Shown in pieces: positions 1 through 11,484 of a stretch of DNA of 38,405 bases. The position numbers and the translations under genes are program-made. Under the pieces are notes generated by a model. The model made no database searches. It was given only the letters and a program-made list of their open reading frames with translations, and was not told the origin of the DNA. This DNA is from Octopus bimaculoides (Eukaryota), in assembly GCF_001194135.2 (NCBI RefSeq), contig NC_068986.1, positions 15,583,544 to 15,621,948 of the forward strand, in the 5' to 3' direction. Every line of letters begins with the position of its first letter. Within the stretch, counting starts at the first letter, position 1.

Positions 1-450
1 ATATATATATATATAGTGTGTGTGTGTATGTGTGTGTGTCTCTGTGTGTGTATATACATATATGCACACACATAGATGAGATCCAGAGACTTTCGGTGTA
101 GGAGATACATAATAGAGCTCAAATGATTCAAACTTAAACTTCGATGTCTTTACAGTGGACAATTCCGTTGGGCCTGTTAAGGGGATCAAGTCAATCAAAT
201 ATGTAGGCAATTATGCGAGTAAACAAATTTGATATATTAAGTGTAACGGCTTGAGCATGAAGTACAAAATATAATTGCATGTATACATGCAAAACGAGAG
301 AAAGCCAAAACTGAAGAATTGCAGACAATGGGTATAAATATGTAGATATTTATATTAATAGATCCAACGTACACCGAGCACAAACAAATGAGAAAGTTGA
401 AGTGGAGGAAATCAGGATTTTAGCTACAAAAGCTGCTTTGCGGGGCTCGA

Positions 451-718
451 AGATCCATCATAATTTTTTAAGATGTAGTTCATCACACTATACAAGCTAT
501 AACGGAGGCAATCATCAGTGGATAAAACGAGCCTACGTCTGCAGGGTAGAAAAGGTATTACATTTGAGATCATAATTCAGAGAAGTTCGCACGACGATCG
601 GAAATATATGATCGAAAATGTATCCTGATGAGGGAGGCTCGTTTTATGCAATGTTGACTGCTTCCACTACAGCTAGCATATTGCGATGAACTGCATCCGC
701 GAAAGTTATGATGGATCT
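451..718. repeat. Fold-back (MITE-like) element: ~95-bp imperfect inverted repeats around a ~78-bp spacer
   Basis: 472-545 aligns to the reverse complement of 624-697 at about 77% identity (includes exact ATAAAACGAGCCT/AGGCTCGTTTTAT). The pairing extends outward to AGATCCATCA (451-460) / TGATGGATCT (709-718). Confidence 0.65.
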
Positions 719-1094
719 CCAAAACAGCGTGTGTATATATGTGAGTGTGAATGTGTATGTGTGCGTATGTATGTGTTTGCGCGCGAGCGAGTGCCTTTGT
801 GTGTGTGGTTATCTACTTTGCATTCAGAAACTGCAAATTAACATTCCCAGAGCACTGTATCCTATTATTAAACATTTCGTAGGAAAGAATATAGTACATC
901 CATTTTGTGAAATGCTGCCAAACCTCCCTGAAATTTCTTCGAGAATATGAAGAAAGAGGGCAAAAAAAAATGTTGAAATAAAGTAGTACCAAATTTCACC
1001 CCTCTTACTCTCGCTAGCCTCTTTCTACTCTCTGTCACTCTACTCTCTCCCTACTCTCTCTTTCTCTTTCTCTCTCATCCTAACTCTATACTAA

Positions 1095-1800
1095 GAAAGA
1101 ATTGTAGGTGTTCTAACTTCACATTTGCATCAATCTTTTTCAGCCATGTTGGTAGTTGAGCGCTGATTCTTCCAAGTATACAAATTACTATTTGTATCAC
1201 GTCTACTTTCCTCATTGGGGCGCTAAATCCATATTTTCCACTTCAAATCCTCGTAGTTGTTTATCTTCTTTCTCTTTCATCTTCTGTCACCGGAACATGG
1301 TATGCCGATTATCATGCATGTTCTTTTTGCTTTTTTTTTTGCTTTTATCACAACAATGCCCTATTTCCAGACGCTCGGTCAGGCGACCGCACTGAATCAT
1401 TTCATCCCACAAGATTTTGAAATTTTCATTCGTGTTGACTCCTGGGGTTTGATCATAACGCATGTTCTTCAGCTGCACAGATAAGAACTTCTGTATCTAT
1501 ATTCAAGCAACAACTTCTCATCCATAACCGCCGAAATTCTGGATCTGTCTTGGCGCTCGTAGCCCTTGCAAAGTGATCGTACATCTTTTTCCTTCATTGT
1601 TTGTCTTCTTTTCCTCATTAAGGTTTTTTTCTTTATACAATTATCAGTTTTAATGACGCCGGCCGTCTTCCTATGTTTCAACAATGGTTCCACGGCATTA
1701 TTTTACATACATTTATACACTGTCGGTAGTGAAGTCTATTCTGCACTTAACATAGCTGATCCTTAATATATTTGATTCTTAACATAGATGGTCCTTAACG
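1095..1800 (-). mobile_element. Decayed R4/Dong-clade non-LTR retrotransposon, C-terminal region (post-RT and restriction-like endonuclease), frameshifted and internally rearranged
   Basis: Minus-strand frames give, in order: EPLL; MYDHFAR..TDPEFRRLWMRSCCLNIDTEVLICAAEEHAL; ENFKILWDEMIQC; KRTCMIIGIPCSGDRR; NYEDLKWKI..MRKVDVIQIVICILGRISAQLPTWLKKI..VKLEHLQ. These match the R4/Dong pattern MxGQF..W.WL..LK.ETE.LI.AAQEQAL / KILWD..IQ.D..RPDIVV / IIDIA.P.D / KY.DL..EI..W..K..VIP.VIGALG. Confidence 0.8.
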
Positions 1801-1828
1801 CTTGTTCTTAAGCTACTTATATGGGTGC

Positions 1829-1830
<2 letters not shown>

Positions 1831-1914
<84 letters not shown>

Positions 1915-2019
1915 GTCAAGACTAAGAGCGTGATTCGATTGTAAGATATTTTATTAGTTGAACAATATTTCAACAGTAAGTCTTTGTCAAATTCGTTGTT
2001 GTTGTTGTTGTTGTTGTGG

Positions 2020-2068
<49 letters not shown>

Positions 2069-2069
2069 G

Positions 2070-2104
<35 letters not shown>
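1831..2104. repeat. Compound (ATT)n/(GTT)n microsatellite field
   Basis: Directly visible long ATT runs (1831-1913, ~2020-2104) and a GTT run near 1996-2016. Confidence 0.95.
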
Positions 2105-2105
<1 letters not shown>

Positions 2106-2108
<3 letters not shown>

Positions 2109-2391
2109 TAGTTTTATTTTTATAACGTACTTTCACTTCACTACCGAGCGCAGCTCTGTGCACCTTGGGTATGTGCTGTGGTTTGCTGTGGTGCTCTTAT
2201 GTTTACTGTATTGAAAGTGCTTTGCGTAGAATGTGTGCAGTACCCAGTAGTACAGTTTTCTGTATGTTATATATATTTGTAAGTCCTGCTATTTTTGTTA
2301 TGTATTTGTCTGAATATTCTTTTTATCATACCTAATGCGCCTACTATGATAGGAATTGTTTCTGTTTTTAGATTCCACATTCGAGTTACCT
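2106..2391 (-). mobile_element. 3' end of a second R4/Dong-clade LINE (ORF end plus 3'UTR) embedded in (TAA)n; 5' part runs into the N-gap
   Basis: Minus strand reads VTRMWNLKTETIPIIVGALGMIK / SDKYITKIAGLTNIYNIQKTVLLGTAHILRKALSIQ* (one frameshift), the typical R4/Dong C-terminus (IP.V.GALG...QK..LLGTA.ILRK.L). A short UTR then ends in (TAA)n. (ATT)n also lies on the far side of the gap (2691-2772). Confidence 0.85.
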
Positions 2392-2690
2392 NNNNNNNNN
2401 NNNNNNNNNNNNNNNNNNNNNNNNNNNNNNNNNNNNNNNNNNNNNNNNNNNNNNNNNNNNNNNNNNNNNNNNNNNNNNNNNNNNNNNNNNNNNNNNNNNN
2501 NNNNNNNNNNNNNNNNNNNNNNNNNNNNNNNNNNNNNNNNNNNNNNNNNNNNNNNNNNNNNNNNNNNNNNNNNNNNNNNNNNNNNNNNNNNNNNNNNNNN
2601 NNNNNNNNNNNNNNNNNNNNNNNNNNNNNNNNNNNNNNNNNNNNNNNNNNNNNNNNNNNNNNNNNNNNNNNNNNNNNNNNNNNNNNNNNN

Positions 2691-2775
<85 letters not shown>

Positions 2776-2830
2776 TGCTGTGGATGTCGTCGTTATTATC
2801 ATCATCATCATCGTTCTCGTCGTCGTCGTC
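2691..2830. repeat. (ATT)n grading into degenerate trinucleotide repeats
   Basis: Visible directly after the gap. Confidence 0.9.
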
Positions 2831-3074
2831 AATATCTCACTTACTTCGATTTAACTGCGTCATTTTCCTTTTTTTTATATATCTGTATAGTATAGGCCAT
2901 CATTTTTGTCCTCAGTTTCTTTCTCAATCGAGTTTTCTCAGATTTTATGTTTCTTCTTCAATAAAATAGTTGAATAATGATATCGGTTCTATATATGAAG
3001 TCTCACCCCATAATTTACGGATGTACTTAGCCGCTAAAATTTATAAATAATTTCATTTTCCAATTCTTAATTAA

Positions 3075-3902
3075 CTAATTACAACATCGCTTAAACATCT
3101 CTTTAGTTTTCTCCCGGAATTGTTTACTGATGCAAAAATATATTATACCATTAAAGCTGTTGTTTATGCATGCCAAAATATTGGTAATTAGATATTCAGT
3201 TTTTGACATGATCACTTCACGATAATTGGCAATGTTTGTGCTTATAATAATGGACACAGGGAATGTTATGAGTAAAAATATGGCATTCAAAGTGATTACC
3301 AGACAAAAGGCTTTCTTTGGTTTTTTGCTTTGCCTATCGCGTTGACCAAGATTAGGTCTACGAAGTAATTTGTATGACATTAGAATAGTGCTTAAAAGTA
3401 AAATGGTTGTTGGTATGTAGGAATAAATACAGCAGAATATGAAAACAGTTATTGTATGAGAAACGAAGGGTCGGTATAGTAAAGTGGCAGAAAGTATAAA
3501 CGAACAAATAAGAACTGTTGATAATGCAATAATAAGGTAAATACTTTTCCTTGAACTGCTCGCTACAGTTAACGGCAAAAATACGGATAATAGACGTTCA
3601 AATGAGATAAGCACAGTTATCGATGAAGACAAATAGTTTAGAAATAGGCTTAAGAGTAGAGCAAAATTAAAGTGTGCAACTGAGCGTTGGTAACCGAATG
3701 GTGGTATTAAAATATCTAATATATCTATCCATAATGCGATAATGTCAACAGCAGCCAACGAAATAAGATATGGAGCGATTTTAGATTCTTTCATCACTTT
3801 GGAACACATGACGACGATAACAAGTACGTTAGTGATACTTCCAAGAATTAAAACAAAGATGTAGCTGCATTGGATAGATATAATACCATATGTGTTGTTC
3901 AT
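3075..3902 (-). CDS. Intronless class A (rhodopsin-like) GPCR, 275 aa, compact orphan receptor; putative chemosensory / FMRFamide-receptor-srw-like (paralog 1, intact)
   Basis: ATG-to-TAG ORF with seven hydrophobic segments and class A motifs: TM1 GSITN, TM2 LAAVD, TM3 ISFER, TM5 YIP, TM6 FLLITFP, TM7 NNSFNGIIY, helix 8 SKQFR, C-terminal CC. N-terminal NNT sequon present. Confidence 0.92.
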   Translation of the reverse strand: MNNTYGIISIQCSYIFVLILGSITNVLVIVVMCSKVMKESKIAPYLISLAAVDIIALWIDILDILIPPFGYQRSVAHFNFALLLSLFLNYLSSSITVLISFERLLSVFLPLTVASSSRKSIYLIIALSTVLICSFILSATLLYRPFVSHTITVFIFCCIYSYIPTTILLLSTILMSYKLLRRPNLGQRDRQSKKPKKAFCLVITLNAIFLLITFPVSIIISTNIANYREVIMSKTEYLITNILACINNSFNGIIYFCISKQFREKTKEMFKRCCN

Positions 3903-5238
3903 ATTTGTCAGTGAAAAATATTGCTTAAGATTTCATATGCAAACTACATTGGGTTATATATAACATAGCATAAGAACAATGTTGTAAAGGAAATATTACA
4001 ATCATGTTTTGTTGCAATTGTTCTTCTGTTCTCCCTGCAGGTATTCTATATTTGTATGTGACATCTCCACTAAATGATTATTGTATGAGAAACATCTATT
4101 TGAAACATATATTAATTATACTGAGTACACTGGATTAGCAGACATGGTTCAGCCTCCATGTGATACTAACTCCCAATAGGAGAAAATTGTCTTCAAGAAA
4201 ATATGCTTTTTAACTAATTGGTTCACAAACAATGAAATAGTGAAAATTAAGTAAAAATTATAAAGAATTGATATAGTGAAAAGTTACCTTGTACAGAATA
4301 AAGATGTACTATTTGATTAGATATTGTCAAAGTTCATAATATATTGGAAAAATAAATTATAGAATACATATATCGTTCTGGTAGATTTGAATTCGATAAA
4401 ATATCGATTAACACTTTGTACAATTTTTATAAAAGAAAATCCTCAAAATATAAACGTTCAACGAATCATTCCAATACCATTGTATTGCAGTTGATGTTGC
4501 TCTCGTTGCCCAGAGGGAAATCTGGTGTGTTCAAGCAGATATATGCTGGTGCTCCAACCGTGACTAACCAATCATTTTAGTGGTATGGTATATTGCACTC
4601 TCTAATACATTACTGTTTTTTTTTCCATTTAAGGGAGAATGCTTTGATTTAAAAAGTCTGTTGGTAATGCCTCTCTTGTTCGACTATGTTGAGAATTTTT
4701 AATTGCTTATCTCATTAACGTTATTTATTTAAAGAACTTTAACATAATGGTTTTGGTAATATAAATATTTAATTAGCATTTAATTACATAAATGATCCAC
4801 GTCAGGCATAATAAAATAAACTCCAGGTAATATAGCATACGCACGATGGTCGCTCTTCTCTGATGTATCTAGTAACATGATAAACTGGTTGTATTCGAAG
4901 CTTTAGTGGAAGGCTATCAGTGCAAAATTCTCTTCGTTGTTTCGTCCTTTCTTGAATTTCTTAATGCCTTAATTGCGTAAGTTAGAAATTGAAAGAATTT
5001 CCTGAAGATGTACCAATAAACAGTGGCGGCATGTCGAATTACACAATTAGGTTATACTTGTTTTAAAATTTCGTAAATATACTTTCTTCTAGATATTGGA
5101 CATCAGTTGAACATTTGACAATATTTCATTTTAGCAGATAACACTCACCTGAAATATATATATAAAAAAAATACAAACTATAGTACATTAATAAATTACA
5201 AGACATTAATAAATAATAATCGTTTTTACTACAATTAC

Positions 5239-5566
5239 AAGGCCTGAGAATGTTGGGGGAGGCTGGTTAGTCGATTACGTCATCCTCAGTGCTTGACTGG
5301 TAGTTATTTTATCGAATCCAAAAAGATGAAAGCATAGTCGTCCTCGATGGCATTTCAGCTGAGAACCGAATGAATCGGAAAAAATGCCGCAGAGCAACTT
5401 ATACGACACTATAATGATCTTGACAGCGCTGTCTGTCTTAAAAATATCGGTTTCAAATTTCTGCACAAGACCAGGAGATCCGGGGGAGGGCGTAAGTCGA
5501 TTACATCGATCCCTGTGCTCAACTGTACTCATATTTTGGACCAGAAAAGGATAACAGGAAAAACTA
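5239..5566 (-). mobile_element. Cephalopod tRNA-derived SINE, family A (OR1/Meta-type core): one decayed copy plus an adjacent 3' fragment
   Basis: Reverse complement reads ...gaggacgactatgctttcatctttttggattcgataaaataactaccagtcaagcactgagg..taatcgactaacc..ccccaacattctcaggcctt, matching the better copies at 16750 and 27111. Confidence 0.7.
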
Positions 5567-5768
5567 TTTCGGTGGCTTTCAAATCAGAGCGTAGAGATTG
5601 AACGTAATGCTGTTAATAATTTCTGTCTTATAGAATTCTCGGCAGAAATAAACTATTCATTATAAAAGGGATACTTATATCGAAAGAAAAGTGTACACTC
5701 ATAACGCGACTGACATGTCATAAACAAGATACGAGCATCAACGATATGTAACTCCATCAGCGATATCC

Positions 5769-5813
<45 letters not shown>

Positions 5814-6516
5814 CATATATATATATATAGTGAAATTCCGGCTGCAAAATGGCCATACACAGAATTTTAGACTGCATTACGCAAATTCTCTCGCTATAAC
5901 AAACGAGGCTTTTAAGAAGCCAAACCCAATCGATATCCCGAATATGATTATGAGAAAGAAAATATTGATTGAAATGAATTTCCGTAATTTCATTTCTGAA
6001 AGAAACTACAAGGAGCTACCAGGAGCTGATATATAGACACTAATACAACCTAATAAAAAGATTAAATTATAACATAGGTCGTATTTTAAATATATCTTGC
6101 CTAAAAGAAAAACTGTTCTGTACATATACACACTAAAATATATAAGTGTGTAGCATTGCAGTATTATGAGAGCGTGTACCTATCGAAGAACTGCGATTTT
6201 GCATGTGATATAACACCTAAATAATGTTTAGTAGTTCTTGGAAATCGTGCATATACGAAATCCAATCAGGTATGAAACGTAGTCTTCCCTAAGATTTTGG
6301 TTTGGGATTATATACGTTGGATAAAGCAGGAGTCTTTATTGTAACATCATATATTGCATCATATTTACACGGGTTTCACTAGTAAATATCTTTGTGTTGT
6401 ATGATAATCGTTATGTAGAGAATTGCATAATCCCATCTGAATGCCAGGTCTTCAGAAGAAAAGAGATTTTTAATCCACCGTTTGACCGTAAGATCTCAAC
6501 CAACCCCACCTCATAT

Positions 6517-6570
<54 letters not shown>

Positions 6571-6599
6571 AAAATACAAGTGTTGAAAACATTTGACCG

Positions 6600-8095
6600 G
6601 TTTCACAGTTTACACTGGTTTTCAAAAATTTGAAATACACAGACGTGGCTAATGTCGGAGTTGTTTGGTTTCTGAATAGTGTTTGAAACTGTCCTATTTT
6701 TATAGGATGTTCATGGCTCAAATTAGTATATGTTTTAAATAACGTTTCATTGGTAGAGGATAGTCATATGATTGGTCTTAGAAATGTTTGTAGATTCCCC
6801 GCTACGTCCCTGCAATAGAATCAAGTGACAATTTTAGCGTTGTAAACTAAGGCTGGTACCGTTGACTGAAAAAGTCGAGCGAGAGTACTAAACAATCAAT
6901 ACTGCCAATATCTTCTGTCAAGTGCTTGGAGAGAAGGAACACGTGATGAACTTTAGAAAGTTTTGTATGCTTCCCGTCAGGACCGTGCGTTAGTGTCAAT
7001 TTGCTGTATTTTTAGCGCCTAAAATGAAGGCCGATTCGGTTGAGTGAACATGCTTAGTTACATTCTAAGCACTCCAATTTTAATGTCTGATGGTAGAGTA
7101 GATAGGAATCGTTTGTATGCGGTGCTGTGGCTAAAACATAGGCTCTTAGCTACTTAGGTTCCTTATGTTAAATGGCAGAATGAGTTTTTTGTGTGAATAG
7201 TTATTTGTGAATGTACTATGTTAAAGTTTATGAAGTCTGTGCTTGTACTTTTGTAAGAAAATATTCTCTTTGTTTATCCGTGCTTTATCTGTGGTATTCA
7301 CCGAACATGGAGTAGGAGGACCTGGAATTTGGGCGGGACTTATTTTGTGCATATATGTCTGCGTTCACTCCTTGGAATCTGTCTAGTATTAGTGTCTCGT
7401 ATTTCAATGGTCAGTCTTATTTCTAAGAGTAAACATTGTTTGAACTATGTAATCTTCATTACATCTTTGATGCTTGACAGTGAATATTAAATTCCTAGAA
7501 GAATATGAAGAGTAATTTTTTTACAATAAAAATCTGTCCTGATTTGAATTTCTATGTTGTGTCTTCAATAAGATTGATGTAGGTCTCACAATTGGGGCGG
7601 CCACACTTTTTGACTTCCCCGATTGTTGGACTCGCATACATTTGCAGGGCCTTGATTGTAACTATACATGTTCACAAAACCGTGTCAGCCTTCATTTTAG
7701 GTGCATCTTATCACTAATGCATGGACCTAGCGGGAAACATAGAATGTTCTAAATCAATCAGATGTTTATTTTCTACAAACACTTCACACACAATATTTAG
7801 AACATTGATTGTTTTGTACTACCACTCGTATTGTTCACTAAATCGTATCACCCTTAACTTACGACGCTAAATATTGTGACTTGATAGTAACACACGGACG
7901 TACAAACATTTCTAAAACCAGTCATGTGACTATCCTTTACCAAATAAACTCCATTCAAAACATATACTAATTTGAGACATGAAGTCCCTAAAAAAAATAG
8001 GGAAAGATTCAAACAGTAGTTAGAAGCAAGACAGCTAAAATATTAGCCACATCTTTTTATTTCAAATTTTTGAAAATCAGTCTAAACTGTGAAAC
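6600..8095 (-). mobile_element. Penelope-like element remnant: degenerate GIY-YIG endonuclease region (~7215-7620) flanked by ~440-bp inverted repeats (6600-7052 and 7667-8095)
   Basis: Minus-strand translation across stops and frameshifts: VKKCGRPNCETYINLIEDTT*KFKSGQIFIVK / SRNLIFTVKHQRCNEDYIVQ / EIRDTNTRQIPRSE / EYFLQKYKHRL. This matches the PLE Cys linker plus GIY-YIG layout (KC.RP.C..C...C.S.NLIY.I.C..C...YIG). The two arms align as reverse complements at roughly 70-80% by eye. Confidence 0.75.
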
Positions 8096-8194
8096 TCCTT
8101 AAATCTTTAAGTATAATAATGAAACATATATTAACTCTTCTCAGTGCATTTTCAACTTCTATTTTACTTATATTTCCACCCGCGTGGAATTGAA

Positions 8195-8430
8195 TAACTT
8201 TGTATTCTCTCCCTCTCTCTCTCCCTCTTTCTCTCTCTTCCTCTCCCTCTCTCTCACTCTCTCTCTCCCCTCTCTCTCTCCCTCTCTCTCCCTCTCACCC
8301 TGTATCTCTCTCTCCCTCTCACCCTGTATCTCTGTCTCCCTCTCTCTCTCCCCCTCCATCTCTCCCTCTCCCTCTCCCTCTCTCCCTCCCTATCTCTCTC
8401 CTCTCTGTCTCCCCACCACCTGTCTCTCTG
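8195..8430. repeat. Degenerate (CT)n polypyrimidine tract with short internal tandem duplications
   Basis: Directly visible. Source of the spurious ORFs 8168-8486. Confidence 0.9.
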
Positions 8431-9081
8431 TATACGCGCTATTTTGTGGATTTCTTCTAGTGTACGTTTCGAAAATCTATCTATAAGTTGTCCTTGCTAT
8501 GGCGAACTGTGCTTCTATTTCATCGATTCTCTCATGCGGAGTTCAAACTCTTCTGTTGAAATATNNNNNNNNNNNNNNNNNNNNNNNNNNNNNNNNNNNN
8601 NNNNNNNNNNNNNNNNNNNNNNNNNNNNNNNNNNNNNNNNNNNNNNNNNNNNNNNNNNNNNNNNNNNNNNNNNNNNNNNNNNNNNNNNNNNNNNNNNNNN
8701 NNNNNNNNNNNNNNNNNNNNNNNNNNNNNNNNNNNNNNNNNNNNNNNNNNNNNNNNNNNNNNNNNNNNNNNNNNNNNNNNNNNNNNNNNNNNNNNNNNNN
8801 NNNNNNNNNNNNNNNNNNNNNNNNNNNNNNNNNNNNNNNNNNNNNNNNNNNNNNNNNNNNNNNNNNNNNNNNNNNNNNNNNNNNNNNNNNNNNNNNNNNN
8901 NNNNNNNNNNNNNNNNNNNNNNNNNNNNNNNNNNNNNNNNNNNNNNNNNNNNNNNNNNNNNNNNNNNNNNNNNNNNNNNNNNNNNNNNNNNNNNNNNNNN
9001 NNNNNNNNNNNNNNNNNNNNNNNNNNNNNNNNNNNNNNNTATATATATATATATATTACCATCCATGAGTTTTCAGGTGAC

Positions 9082-9510
9082 TTGCATATTAGTTCCAGAT
9101 TCAGTTCAGTACGTTATCACTGAAGATTTGGATATGAGACGCGTGTCTGCCAAGTTTGTGCCAAAACTGCTTACAGCTGACCAAAAAGACATTCGGATTT
9201 CAGTTGCACAAGGTTTTTATTTGATTATGGCGACAACACGAAAACTTTTGAAACCTTTGCGTAGGTCTTTGAGCAAGTATCGCCCAGATTTTGGCAAAAT
9301 TTGAAGCTGATTTCCTGCTCAACTATCTTTGTCATGGTCAATGAAACGATTACCTGCTTTACACCTTCCTTCCAAGAAGTGTTGTAAACAGGGGAAATGA
9401 GCAATATCGTCAAAACTTAGTGCGCATGCACAGTAGAGTTAAAGGTCAAACTGTGCCAAGCGGCTTCACTATGGCAACCGTCCGGCTACTTACTGACCAG
9501 AGCACGTGTA
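9082..9510. mobile_element. Rearranged mariner (Tc1/mariner) remnant: mid-transposase piece on +, 5' end and N-terminus on -
   Basis: + strand 9082-9215: SVQYVITEDLDMRRVSAKFVPKLLTADQKDIRISVAQ (mariner linker, W/FVP.L motif). - strand 9234-9340: MTKIVEQEISFKFCQNLGDTCSKTYAKVSKVF (mariner N-terminal EQR..IKFC.KLG). A TIR-like terminus TACACGTGCTCTGGTCAGTAAGTAGCCGGA reads from 9510 on -, abutting (TA)n. Confidence 0.75.
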
Positions 9511-9580
9511 TATATATATGTTAACAAACAAATGCACAATTTCGTGATGAATGTTATCACCCTCACTATCACTGACTCAC

Positions 9581-9621
<41 letters not shown>

Positions 9622-10289
9622 CAATCTATCTCTCTCACTCGCCTAATCTCTCTCTGACCAAAGAAATTCTATTTCCCCCCTAACTACAACACCACCATCA
9701 ATAAAACCTATCATGTATTACATATGCACGCGCACAAATATATCAAACGTATTTGTTTATATGTATATATATGAATATAATGCTATCCTCTTTTAAACAA
9801 CGCACGCATATGAGTGTCTCGGAAGTCAGCCAAAATGTTGAATTTTAACTCCCTTTTGTGAACATTATTCCCCGATGAAATACTCAATTAGCCAGTTTGA
9901 AAACGAAAATTTAAATTAAATTAAATTAAATTAAATTTTGTAATAGAACTAATTGGATATGGAAACGATTATAGGACTAGAATTTCATTATATGGATTTG
10001 AATATCTTTGAGGAAACTGATATCTGCATGCCAATTTCTCCATTTTCTGTTTCTCATATATATATATATATACCTGTAATATAATATGTGACGATTATTC
10101 GGTTGCCATAATGAGACTCCGAGTTACGATGTCGGAGCGGAAACCTGCTCCAGCATCTCCTCATTTATCAAAGCAATGAAACGTTTAATAGATAAATTCC
10201 TCTATTTCCTTAATATCGAGATCTCTTTCATGCTTTTGTGATCTTACCTTTACTATTGATATATATATATAATATACGAGGGACTTCTT

Positions 10290-10425
10290 TCAGGTTCCGT
10301 TCATGAGATCCACTCACAAGCCCTTCGTCGATCTGAGGCTACAAAGCAAAACACTTGCCGAACGTGCCACGCAATGAGACAGAATCCCCAGCTACGTGCT
10401 TGGAAAGCAAGCTTCCTACCACATA
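10290..10425 (-). mobile_element. SINE family B, 5' (tRNA-like) head fragment
   Basis: Matches the heads at 21862-21988 and 36812-36968 (atccactcacaag..cacttgcc..gtgccacgca.tg.gac.gaa..aagcaagctt..tacc). Confidence 0.7.
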
Positions 10426-10464
10426 CACACACACACACACACCTATATTTGACAACAGTGAATA

Positions 10465-11024
10465 ATAAATGCCCTGATGCAGTACCAGGCAGTGGCTCTC
10501 ATGTCTTCTGATCTTAATTGATTGGAAGTGTTATCAAGTACATTGCTTTGTCTTGGTATACAAGATGGGCTACAGCAAATATTCTGCTCAATACCACAGA
10601 TTTGCTTGTCAGTTGCTTGATCTTAACCAGTTGAGAATGTCCTTTAGTGGCTGATGATATGTGCATCTCTGATCACGAGCAGAAGTAGTGGGGCAGCATG
10701 ATAGTCATATGTCGAGAGGAATTCTTTGGGGTTTGGATAGTTCACCTTTGGAAACATGGGTATTTTGTTCGACATCCTCAAACAACCTTTATTCAAGGAC
10801 ATTTTGAGCGGGATGGGCTACTCGACCTGAAGAAAATTCTAAGTAGGCCCCACCTGCAAGGTCATGCGCTGTTTATCTTGATATGAGACTACTATGTCGC
10901 CCACATATGGTTGTGATGCATGTGCCTGGTGTGCCCTTATCAGACGGGTAGTCATGATGGGTATAATGGACTTTGTATATTTTACCCCAGTGTCACTTTG
11001 ATGGCATGCCCTGCTCTCGCACTC

Positions 11025-11071
<47 letters not shown>

Positions 11072-11079
11072 TAATAATA

Positions 11080-11147
<68 letters not shown>

Positions 11148-11160
11148 AATGGTGATGATG
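10465..11160 (+). mobile_element. Probable retroposon 3' end terminating in an (AAT)n then (GAT)n tail; family unassigned
   Basis: GC-elevated non-coding block ending ...ctgctctcgcactc immediately before a long (AAT)n/(GAT)n run. No protein motif recognised. Confidence 0.4.
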
Positions 11161-11484
11161 ATGGTAAAATACTACGTATGTAATCTCAAATTTTAAAACG
11201 AACTCATAATTTTCTTATGTTTTCTTAAGCATTCTCTAGAGCAGTACTATGTGCAAAACCAAACATATGACACCCTAGGCATTGCATCAAAATGAACTTC
11301 TAACTTGTTGTCCCTTGAGGTCTCTGGGTGAAACTTGGAGTCAACTGGTACAATTATAATGCAAAAGTCAAACATATAATAATAACTAGCTGGACCCGTG
11401 AAAAATTGATGGAAAACATTAAAAATGCAAGCATCTGTAAACAGTGAACTGGTGTCATGAGAAATGTTTGCATATTATGAGCAG

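Noticed and set aside
624-650. Hammerhead-like CTGATGAG-GGAGG-CTCG
   Set aside because: The required GAAA is replaced by GTTTT, and the segment is explained as an arm of the 451-718 inverted repeat.
4021-4046. Strong plus-strand splice acceptor ttcttctgttctccctgcAG just upstream of paralog 1
   Set aside because: It is on the wrong strand for the GPCR and has no convincing downstream exon or donor; a lone site is expected by chance.
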